NCBI GenBank assembly: GCA_000708835.1
Contig: DF237113.1
Location: forward strand, 100,263 to 164,262
DNA length: 64,000 nucleotides
Direction of reading: 5' to 3'
DNA from: Klebsormidium nitens
Taxonomy: Eukaryota > Plantae > Klebsormidiophyceae
Shown here: piece after piece, positions 39,801 through 50,063 of the stretch
Layout of the letters: every line of letters starts with the position of its first letter
Numbering within the stretch: the first letter of the stretch is position 1
Made by a program: the position numbers and the translations under genes
The notes under the pieces: model-generated
What the model was told of the DNA's origin: nothing
The model's database searches: none
What the model saw: only the letters and a program-made list of their open reading frames with translations

Positions 39801-41311
39801 GGCGATCAAGGTGGGGCGGCCGCACGTGGCCAAGAAAGCGGTGGATCTGCTCGAGGAGGTGCTCGGGAAGGACGGCTGGCCCGAGTACTACGACGGAAAG
39901 GTAGGGCCGTCGTCCCTCGGAACTTCGGATAAATCCAAAAATAGCAGAGTAAAACTAAAGGTTACTGCACTGGAACGGGTAGGGTTGGGATAGGGTGGAG
40001 GTTAGGGTGGGTAAGAGTGCGGAGCTTTCTAGGTCAGGGCTTTCCGTCATTTAGCCGAAGCTTGTTATTGTCTCGGAGTTCTGGTTCTCAAGGACCGGAA
40101 CTTTGATCTTTGAGTTCCATGAATTCTGGTTCTGCTTGATGCGGAAGGTCATGAGAGGGCTCGACCTGTTTAGGAAGCTCCACACTTGTGGAGGACGCAT
40201 TGGGCGGACGCGGTTTCCAAGCGTCTAGAAGGTGTTCGTCTCGAACGCCCTCTCGAGCCTGGATGTTGGGTTTGAACGCACCTTCGTTGGCATTGACACT
40301 CATTCAGAGCCTCCTCTTGGAACTCCACACTTCGGGAAGCGGGAATGTTTCTAAACTCGTTATTGCATCTTTCGTGGAACCGACTTCGGCTGAGAGTGGT
40401 CGCCAGGTCTCCAACTCGTGCCTTAACTCTGCTGCCACTCATTTTGGCTTCTGTGCTGCCAACAATCTGGTTTAGGAGCTGCCAACAAGGGGTTGGCAGA
40501 TGCTCCTGCAAAGCGCCGATCATGAGGTTCTGGGTCTCTTTTGTACTTTGACGCGTCAAATGGTTGCCGATGAGTCCGGAGCAACTGTTGGCTACGCCGT
40601 TTTGGATCCGTTGAGAACGTTAAGTCGACGCCAGCGAAGTTTCTCTAAGGAAGGGCCTCGTTCCGCCACGCTCAGTGCAGATTTCTCCCTTCTGCGCTGT
40701 TCTACCCAAGGAAACTGCGTCTCTCTTTGCTTCACGGGGCTTGTTGAAGAACGTCCCAGAATCGCGATTCCGTTGCAAAGGAATTGTATCGAAGCATCTC
40801 TGTTGAGGACGCCGGAGATTGGATGATTTTCTAGAAGCGGTTTTTCATTTGCCAAAAGCGTATGCGGCAGGGTTGGTTTTACCTTTCCCTTCTTCCGTGG
40901 AATTTTGAATGGTGTCGAGCCGTTGCCTTGATTCTCACTTTTAGAAAGGCGCCCGTGCAACTGTGATCAAAAAACTTACTTTGCTAGTGCGAGCACCTCC
41001 GGGTAAGGGTTGCCCATTTGGAAGTCCTTTTCCTTCGTGAAAACCCTCTTTGCCCGACGGGTCAGTCCATTCAAACCGGAAAAAAATCTCTTCTGAACCG
41101 CGCGCCATTCTTCCCTTTGACGCAGTCGGGCCAGTTCATCGGCAAGCAAGCCCGCAAGAACCAGACATGGTCCGTGACCGGATACTTGGTGGCCAAAATG
41201 CTCCTGGAGGACCCCAGCCATTTGGGCCTCATCAGCCTAGAAGAGGACAAGAAGGCGGCGAAGCCTCAACTCACGCGCTCAGTCTCCTGGAACGGGTTTA
41301 TGAATCTTTGA
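33853..41311 (+). CDS. CINV: cytosolic alkaline/neutral invertase (GH100, beta/cytosolic clade)
   Basis: Exons 33853-34374, 34840-34881, 35302-35500, 35832-36075, 36951-37113, 37871-38113, 39676-39900, 41126-41311. Motifs [80 protein letters not shown]. No transit peptide. Confidence 0.96.
38195..38660 (+). repeat. three decayed intronic copies of the invertase exon-6 3' end plus donor site
   Basis: 38195-38249, 38471-38508 and 38616-38653 match ...GAGTTAGTCGGGGAGATGCCCATGAAG|GT; two end in GTGGGT donor-like hexamers. Confidence 0.85.
39030..39530 (+). repeat. decayed intronic copies of the invertase exon-7 acceptor and 5' end
   Basis: 39432-39510 is a near copy of TTTCTTTCAG|GCGACGTACCCGGCGCTAGAAGGGCACGAGTGGCGGCTCAT; older copies lie near 39040-39070 and 39150-39240. 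Confidence 0.85.
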
Positions 41312-41623
41312 GACTAAATGTGCGGCGAGGATCTGTGTACGCCTTGTTGACCTACTGCCACATGCACCGCACCAGAACTGTAGGGTTAGTATCGAGAGAG
41401 TTGAGATATTCAAACGTGCATTACTTCTGAACTTCAATAAGCTCCAACAGGAGGTCTCAATAATCAGGGTGATGCTTAACCCAGGTCAAGCGCGAGAGGA
41501 AGCGTTGGAAGTAGGTACTCGCGCGCTGGACTTGCTTCACAGTGCTGGGTCGTTCTCAGCTAGGTCGGCTGTTTGTGCATTAACCGCTCAAAGGTCGAGT
41601 GTCAATGTTACCTTCTCAAACTG

Positions 41624-42593
41624 NNNNNNNNNNNNNNNNNNNNNNNNNNNNNNNNNNNNNNNNNNNNNNNNNNNNNNNNNNNNNNNNNNNNNNNNNNNNN
41701 NNNNNNNNNNNNNNNNNNNNNNNNNNNNNNNNNNNNNNNNNNNNNNNNNNNNNNNNNNNNNNNNNNNNNNNNNNNNNNNNNNNNNNNNNNNNNNNNNNNN
41801 NNNNNNNNNNNNNNNNNNNNNNNNNNNNNNNNNNNNNNNNNNNNNNNNNNNNNNNNNNNNNNNNNNNNNNNNNNNNNNNNNNNNNNNNNNNNNNNNNNNN
41901 NNNNNNNNNNNNNNNNNNNNNNNNNNNNNNNNNNNNNNNNNNNNNNNNNNNNNNNNNNNNNNNNNNNNNNNNNNNNNNNNNNNNNNNNNNNNNNNNNNNN
42001 NNNNNNNNNNNNNNNNNNNNNNNNNNNNNNNNNNNNNNNNNNNNNNNNNNNNNNNNNNNNNNNNNNNNNNNNNNNNNNNNNNNNNNNNNNNNNNNNNNNN
42101 NNNNNNNNNNNNNNNNNNNNNNNNNNNNNNNNNNNNNNNNNNNNNNNNNNNNNNNNNNNNNNNNNNNNNNNNNNNNNNNNNNNNNNNNNNNNNNNNNNNN
42201 NNNNNNNNNNNNNNNNNNNNNNNNNNNNNNNNNNNNNNNNNNNNNNNNNNNNNNNNNNNNNNNNNNNNNNNNNNNNNNNNNNNNNNNNNNNNNNNNNNNN
42301 NNNNNNNNNNNNNNNNNNNNNNNNNNNNNNNNNNNNNNNNNNNNNNNNNNNNNNNNNNNNNNNNNNNNNNNNNNNNNNNNNNNNNNNNNNNNNNNNNNNN
42401 NNNNNNNNNNNNNNNNNNNNNNNNNNNNNNNNNNNNNNNNNNNNNNNNNNNNNNNNNNNNNNNNNNNNNNNNNNNNNNNNNNNNNNNNNNNNNNNNNNNN
42501 NNNNNNNNNNNNNNNNNNNNNNNNNNNNNNNNNNNNNNNNNNNNNNNNNNNNNNNNNNNNNNNNNNNNNNNNNNNNNNNNNNNNNNNNNNNNN
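41624..42593. other. assembly gap (N run)
   Basis: Run of n characters. Confidence 1.
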
Positions 42594-42719
42594 AGTCACG
42601 TACAAGACTTGCCATTGGTAAAGTTATTCGTGATGACTAATTTCTTTCTATATTGGTAGCACTAAGCTCGTCCAGGGTTGTTCGCTAAACCTCTGACTGC
42701 CTGGCGGCTTTCAGCTTAT

Positions 42720-43952
42720 CTAGACGTCGGACAGACTGCCCAAAATTAACATCGTTATGAAGACAACGGCTATGGCCGCCAAACACTTCCAAGGCCCACA
42801 TCTGCGCTTCTTCCTGACTAGTGGAGGCCTAGGTGCGACTACCACCGCAGGTCGCTTTTCACACGGCACTTCTGGCCCCTCTCTCTTACGCAGTATCGCA
42901 GGCGGCCTTGTTTGAGTAGAGACCTGTGCTTCCTGCGACTCGATCTCGGCCAGCCACTCTTCCAAAATCGACTCTACTGGTCCCACATGTTGAAGGATAG
43001 CAGAGGCCCCGGGGTCCAAGAACTCGAGCTTCTCATTTGTGCCCGTGCAGGCCAATATCAGAGAGCTTGGATACTGGCTCTGTAAATGGTCCCTGTAGGC
43101 AATGGCCTGTTTCTTGACGTCGCGCCGATGATTCCGTCGCCGCGCTCGCGCTACTTTTCCAGTCGCGGACAACACTAGGTATTTGACCTCAACCACCAAA
43201 AAGATTCCAAACCTATTCGTCAACACCAGGTCCCCCCTTCCAAGATTGGTGTGCTTTCCACTGATGACCCATTCCACCTTGAAAACAGAGTGGCACGAAG
43301 CCAGCGACGCAACGGCTGCTAACGTGCTCACTGACTCCGGTGGAGGGGTTTGTCCGTCAAAAAGCAGCGGATCCCTGCCATTAAAGCTTCGTAACTCGCT
43401 TATGATTCCCTGTAGAAGCTGCTTCTCGTTTGCGCCTGGTGACTGGTTGATACTCTCCCCAACCTCGTGCTCACTGAGGATTGGGGCGAGGTCCGAAGGC
43501 AAAGACCACATTTTGAACAGCCGCAGAACCAGACGCGCCACCTCGTTTGCCTGCTCTGGAGCCCAGGCGAAATTGTAGGTGCCGAACCCAGAAGCAGCAT
43601 CCTCGAGACATCCACTCTTTGGTGGAGGAGTGGCCGCTGTTTGGACCGCAATCACCGTGCACACAACCGTGACAATGGAGTCGAAGTCGTTGAGGAATGA
43701 GTACAGTGTTTGACTCATGCCTTGCTGGAGTAGCTCTTCTTTCCCAACCTCCGCTTCTCCGTCTATGCTTCTAAAGTCAAACTGCCAGCTCGTTCCTTTT
43801 CTGAGAAGCACTCGCAGCAACTGCAAACACAGCCAGCGAACGAGCTCCAAAGTGCCCAAAGACAGAGGAAGCAGCTCCAACTCTCCGTCTGACTCCACAT
43901 AGAGCCTTGGCTCCTTGCTGCTAAAGCTGACACTTCCGTCCGACCCCGCCAT
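42720..43952 (-). CDS. intronless 410-aa PD-(D/E)XK (NucS/RecB-like) nuclease-domain protein with a C-terminal transmembrane anchor
   Basis: Uninterrupted ATG-to-TAG ORF. Motif series NEKQLLQGII ... VEWVI...GRGDLVLTNRFGIFLVVEVK ... KQAIAY (E, D, ExK, QxxxY). C-terminus RKKRRCGPWKC-LAAIAVVFITMLILGSL-SDV. Confidence 0.75.
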   Translation of the reverse strand: MAGSDGSVSFSSKEPRLYVESDGELELLPLSLGTLELVRWLCLQLLRVLLRKGTSWQFDFRSIDGEAEVGKEELLQQGMSQTLYSFLNDFDSIVTVVCTVIAVQTAATPPPKSGCLEDAASGFGTYNFAWAPEQANEVARLVLRLFKMWSLPSDLAPILSEHEVGESINQSPGANEKQLLQGIISELRSFNGRDPLLFDGQTPPPESVSTLAAVASLASCHSVFKVEWVISGKHTNLGRGDLVLTNRFGIFLVVEVKYLVLSATGKVARARRRNHRRDVKKQAIAYRDHLQSQYPSSLILACTGTNEKLEFLDPGASAILQHVGPVESILEEWLAEIESQEAQVSTQTRPPAILRKREGPEVPCEKRPAVVVAPRPPLVRKKRRCGPWKCLAAIAVVFITMLILGSLSDV

Positions 43953-45402
43953 CTTCGGGATAACTAGTCGAGCACCGGCTCGACACTGTTCGTTGTGTTC
44001 TCTTCTCGTTCTTGTTACACAGCGACCGTTTCAGAGTACCCAAAAAACGCTGGTGTTTGCAGCGGCGGCCAAAGCCAACTTGAATGCAGTGCACACTTGC
44101 CCTCGCTTTCTCCTCACGAACAAGCTGGAGAAGCTCAGCGACCTGCAATGCGCAGCTGCGCGATCCTCCAGGATCAGATTTCGTCATGCGCTACTAGTCG
44201 TGACTGATTGTTTGCCAGGGTGCTGGCAGCGACCCGACTCAAAACCACGCTTTTCACCAACGTATCAGCCCGGTGCATCAGGTACATTAGTCTTTAGATC
44301 TTTACTATGCCATGAGCGTTTCGATTGTCGACCGTGGGTTCCATCAGACACGCAACCTTGAACTGGCAATTCTAGCTGACTACTTGTAGCTGGTGCAATT
44401 CGAGCTGCGGCCCCGCAATATCGGTCACGCAGATGCCAGAATTACGTTCAGCCGTCGGAGGTCGACTTATCGACGGTTCAGAAGGCTCCTGCTCCGTATT
44501 TCCTGCCACGCCTGTTCTAGGTACACGAGTCACGCTGCATCCGACTCAAGCCTGGAGTGTCGTCAAGCTGGGTCGAAACTGATGACCGTACAAGAGCCAA
44601 TGAATCTTGGCATTTAATTATTGGACAATCATATGTGGACAGTTCAATCCCCGGCCTGAAACTGACGGCCGGTGAGTTCGCCGTCAAGTCCACACGGAGT
44701 ACTAGCACAGGAATCGCCGTCGGACTTCCCGTCCGTACGGCGCTTTGCTCCCGGGGGATTGCCAGGTCGGACCTCACGTGTCCCTCCGGCGGTGCTGAGT
44801 CTGCTGACTAGCTCGGTACTTGGTTGCGTGGAAAGATAGTGTTCACTGTTCTGGTGCGGATTGCGATATCTGGTTTCTCTACCAGTACGCCTGCAGTACG
44901 CACGGCTGGTTTGGGGTGTTCGGAGTAGAGGGATCACTCGTTGCTCGTTCCTAGCTTGAATCTTCTCAGAAACCGCGTCAGGGGGATCACGCCGTGTATC
45001 AGTTTGCAAGTGAGCCTGAAATAATCCCTTTGATTTCGCGACGCCGCAAGAAGAGCTGCCGTCACCTGGTTTTGCGGTCGTGAGCAAACACTCATCGTCG
45101 ACTCGAGCTGCCACTGCTAGAGACGAGCCAAAGACTTCCAGCGCGGACAGTACTACTTGAATACTACGAAGTTCACCGGCTGGAGCATTTTATAAAGCAT
45201 TCCACCGAAACTTTCGCCACTGCCAAACATCCACTCCCACGACCTTGCTCAGCTCAATTCCAACAGCCCACGTCTCGAACCCGGCGGCTCTCTGCTTTCT
45301 TCCATTTTTTACGCACCGCCTCCAGTGGGTCTGCTTCACCTTCTACAAGTAACTGCTGACGCAAATCCATAAGCTCTAGCTTGTCGGAGAACAGAAGAAG
45401 CC

Positions 45403-47915
45403 ATGGCGAGCTCCAAAGGACAGCTGGCAGCGGCGATGATGGTCTGCCACGTGGCACTCCTGGCAGCCTCCATGGTGTCTGCGGGTAAGGCCCAAATCCT
45501 ACTCTCTGACTACGTTTTTTCTCTGCGTTTTGTGCTCTTTGGCTGCGAACTCGACCGTCAATGGCAGCTTATGTTTGGGCACAGAGTCTGAAGCGACACA
45601 AAACTGACATGAAAAAGGTCTGGCGTTTGAAGCATTGATAATGAAGTTATTCGACGCGACTACGATGAGACTTGAAGGTGTCATCTTGAACGATTCATCT
45701 GGCTCAAACTCCATCCTTAAAAAAAGATTCAGAAGGTGAGAACCTGACTCGAAAAGCTGCTGACAAGATGCGGGCCTCATTATCCTGCTTTCGCTGGTCG
45801 AAGAATGCGAGATACAAGAAGAAAGGTTTACTTTTGGACTGGCAGTCAAAGTCAGCACCAGCTACTTCCCGTTCGACTTTCACCCCCTGACCACCCTTTG
45901 TGCTGACTTCCGTTCCTCACATGTGGTGCCATTTCGCCAAGCTTCTGATACCATTATAGTAGACTGCAAGACTTTTGGCATGTGGGTTTTCGAAAGGTCC
46001 TGTATCGGATCACCTTAGACACCTTGACAGTTTCAAGTCCAAGTGCATCATATCAGCATTTCCTTTTTCCGTGCAGCTGATCCTGCTTGGTACCCAGGGC
46101 CAAAGTTTCAAGTCAACGCCAACTCCGAGGTAAGCCATGTGCACGAAACATTCCTAGACGGAGACAGTAGCCCTTACTCCGAAGCATTCATTGCTTAGCA
46201 GCTCTTCAACGTTGGCCGTGGAAAAGATTCGCAGTGCCGTCCCGATAAGAGCTACTGAACCAATCCTGCCGACTGTTAGTGAAGCGCAAGTACTTACACT
46301 TTGAACGTTCCTTCATTTGAAGCAGCTTCTTCCAGTCGCATCTCTTCCAATTGACTTGGTTTGCTCTTGCCCAGTTCAAAGTTGGAGCTCAGAACCTACG
46401 CTTCGCGTTCTCTGTGCCAACTATGGTGCGCTAATCTGAAAGCGAGCTAGCATCCTCAAAAGACTGTTCGACCCCAACAAACCGAAAGAACCATACAAAG
46501 TCTTCTTACACCAGCGTTACTACGCGATTCAAACGCAACCAGGTCCAGCCTAACCATCTTCTTGCTCAGCACGTGGTCTATATCTTGAGCAGCTTACGCT
46601 TGCTGACGTCATCTCCACCCCTTTCCCCCGCAGGCCGTGAACACGTTCGTCGGTCAGGTCGCCCCCAGCGGCCAGAACCAGCTCACGGGAACCGTCCGAA
46701 TGGACGAGAACGGTTACTTCATCAACGCCCAGAACCAGCAGGTTAAGGACTTAACCATCGTTTACGGCCCGGAGGATCCCACCGACTCCATTGAGATTGG
46801 GGACTTTGGCCCGGGCGCAACCAAGTATGTTCAGGATCCGTCCATGGAGGGCGGATTTGCGACCGGGTTAAACATCCAGCTGAACGCCAAACCCGGGTAC
46901 CACTTCGTGGCGGTCTCCTTCGGCGTGGCGATCAGCACCTACGGAACGTACGACGACGGTGAGTGACGTCACGTAGAGATCTTTCGTTCATTCTTGACCA
47001 GATTGTCAATCAAATACAATGACTTCGGAACTTGCAGAGTGGAGCTCTTCGAGTTCACCAAAGGCTGGCGAAGCGTAGTACGACGAATTCACTTTGAGCT
47101 CAGGAGATTGAGCAAGTGGATCTCGAGTTTGAGAACCGTAGGATCTGCTTGTGTTTGTAAATAGCGGGCTGCCAGATAACCAGATAACGGAAATAACAGG
47201 TAATCAAATATCTTGCTAACGGAGTTCGATTTTATTTTCCATTGGGGGTCTTCGTGGAAGCAAAGTGACGTAGTCGGACCGTAACAGTGCTTTTGGCTTG
47301 ATGTGAGCGAAGCCCATTGCATGTTTGTATCGGGGGAACGTCTGCACACTGAAATTCTTTTTCAATTCGTATCGTTGTGTTGTTCGTCGACGGGCCGTTA
47401 TTGTACGACGGGCCCTTCGAGACCCTCCGATCAACCTGCTGCCAATTGAGGATCTGGCAGGAGGCCATACCCCACTTGCAATCAAGCTCTGCCGAATGGA
47501 TATGCAAGCCGCGGGCACGAAGCTCATCCGAAGCAAGGATGTATAGTGCTGCTGGGTTTGCTAACTTCGAGAAACACATGTCGCCATTCTCACTCGTTGT
47601 CTTGTGAATTCTTTTCGGTTTCACAATCGTCGCTCTCAGAAGATGGGCATCTTCTTCTCACATAACTTCAGCAAGTGGCTCCACCAGCTGACGTCACCCG
47701 TTCATTGCCGTGCAGCGTTCTTCGTGGACGGCCTGGGCTCGAGCACGGTCGGCAGCGGCAAGATCACGGTCACCTCCATCTACTCGTTCTTCGCCGAGGG
47801 CAAGTTCGTGGCGACCAACATATACACGCCGCAGATCACGATTGTGCCCAACCACGCCGTCCCCGCCGCCCGGTTCGTGCTGGACAACGTGGAGTACGTC
47901 CTAGAGCGCGATTAG
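45403..47915 (+). CDS. secreted beta-strand-rich protein of unrecognised family, paralog A
   Basis: Exons 45403-45484 (signal peptide MASSKGQLAAAMMVCHVALLAASMVSA), 46077-46129, 46634-46958, 47716-47915 (TAG). Phases 1/0/1 are consistent and the structure is mirrored by paralog B. Confidence 0.88.
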
Positions 47916-50063
47916 GAGCGCAAATAGATACCGTTTGTGCAGAAGAGCCCAGTATGTGTGGCTTGGCGAACCTGGAAAAGTACTGAAGAGTATGTAGAAA
48001 AAGTTGTAAGAGTGTTATGAATGACAGAACACCGAGCGTTAGGGAGTGTGACTGACGGGAAAGACAGCGGAATAACTAGAGCGGACCGGTCAATCGGTGT
48101 AACCGACTCTCGACGGCCGGACTGCAAAGTTTTGACAGATGAGATGCCCTCTTGTTACTAAACTAAGCGCCACCCCGGCAAATAGGTTGTTCTGATTTAT
48201 GATCAAACCATAGGGATAGAAATCAGCTTACACAGAATCCGTCAGTTTTGTTGACAAAGAGAGGATTGTACGGTCGATGAGAAGTCATAGTAACTGCGAT
48301 GACAGTAGATGAAGTACAGATAAAGGTGGAACGGAAACGAAGCAGTGATCTTGTATTTACTAGCTTTTTCAGCTTTCTAAGTTAAGCACTTCAAAATGAT
48401 ATCGGCAGGATTGCAACCTTGCAAATGATGATCAATATGTACAAAGGCACAGCAGACGTACGTCTGGAAAATATGATCAAAAACGAATGTACGTAGGAAA
48501 CCTTCCAATAGGTTTGGAAGGCCGTGTAGAATACTCTGTAACTGAATTTGCATTAGGAAAATATTTGGGCACATTGGTTCCCTCCGCGAACTCGAAAGCC
48601 GAGCATGTGTTTTTGCACATGCATCTTTCCAACGTGATTCATACGGGCACGTACCCCCGCGTCATCTCTTCGCCTTGCTCACGTCATGTCGACGTCCCTA
48701 CAAAAGGTAGGTTCAGACGCGCATATTTGGCCTTAGTGGCCTAGTGCACTTCATGTCATCGAGTATTACGTCTCTGAAAAAATATGGAAGCATCCACACA
48801 TCTAGGCGCTATTATCTGATGATCGTGCAGAAGATTGGCCAACCCTTTCAGTCTTATCGTCTTAAGGGATAGAAGTTAGAACGTTCGAGCGGCCGCCCCG
48901 CGGCCGCACTTTGTCGGAGGGTTGCGCCGCGGCCGCTCTGCCAGGGCGCGGCCGCGCGCACGGCGGCGCTGGCGCGGCCGGCCAGGCGGCTATACATGGC
49001 ATGACGACATTTCGACTTGGTCTACGGTTACCGGTACCTGTCTAACCAAAGTTACCGGCCAAGAAAAGGTACTTCTACCGGTAGACAGAGGTTTCGATAC
49101 ACAAAGCCCACACCTGGCAGCCAAGCCTGTATTGCAACGAACCGGTAGGTTGAGTTTTGATTAGTAGGCCGGTTTCGGTCTACCGGTAACCTTTCAGATC
49201 TGACAAACTCGTGTCGGGCATGTGCATTGCGCACTCGTGTTTCTTGTCACGCATATTGCACCAAATTCAATGCGCATGTAAAATTTCCCCGGGCTGCGCC
49301 TTGACGGGCGTCACAGGGGCGTCAATTCGCCGTCAGTCGTTTGTAAGCGATTGGGGCAGATTCAAAGGCTGCCGTCTGAAGAACGTCTTTAAGGACGGTC
49401 TCTGGCCCGAGGAATATGAACAGGAGTAGACCAGCGGTACTAGTGTAACCTGTTTCAGTATTGGAAGGTTTATGGTACTGCTGCGCTAGGTAGAGCACAA
49501 AAGAAAACCTGCATGTGGGTACTAACGCGTACCAGAACAGTCTATGGGTGGATAGAATTCAGAGTTCCGTGTGTAGGATTCAGGAACCTGTCCATTGGTT
49601 GGATTGATCATTTTCACAGAGGTCAAAGCCTTCTGTGACCTGTCCCCTCGTACCTACCTACCTAGACTCTTATGTTCCTAACTGGTACGTAAGGGTTTGT
49701 CGTTTCCGACTGTCTACAGAGCAATCCGAGACCCAGATCTACTTCCCACTTACTGCTTTCTTACAAACGACGTACCTCACTTAGGTAGGTATGGTGCCTC
49801 TTGACTTTGACTCGGCCCCTACTCAGAGTCGGTACATACCTAGACCGGCCCCTTGCTGCACTTTCACCTTTTGGCTACATATGCAGAGCTTGGTGCATGT
49901 CACAGCTCACTTGCAGAGCTAGAAGCCGAGTCTGGGCTTGACGTTGTCACTAGTTTCGCTTGCGCCGCTCACAAAGCAGCTGCCCTCCGGCATCGCTTCT
50001 CACCGAACCCCGCATCTCCGCGCAGCGCGCACCGTGGAATCTGCCGCCAGCACAGCCAACCCA

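Noticed and set aside
41469-42659. Long ORFs spanning the second N gap
   Set aside because: Artefacts of N translation.
44517-45114. Overlapping ORFs on both strands between the nuclease and paralog A
   Set aside because: No motif, no convincing exon chain; cannot be distinguished from chance ORFs in GC-rich promoter DNA.
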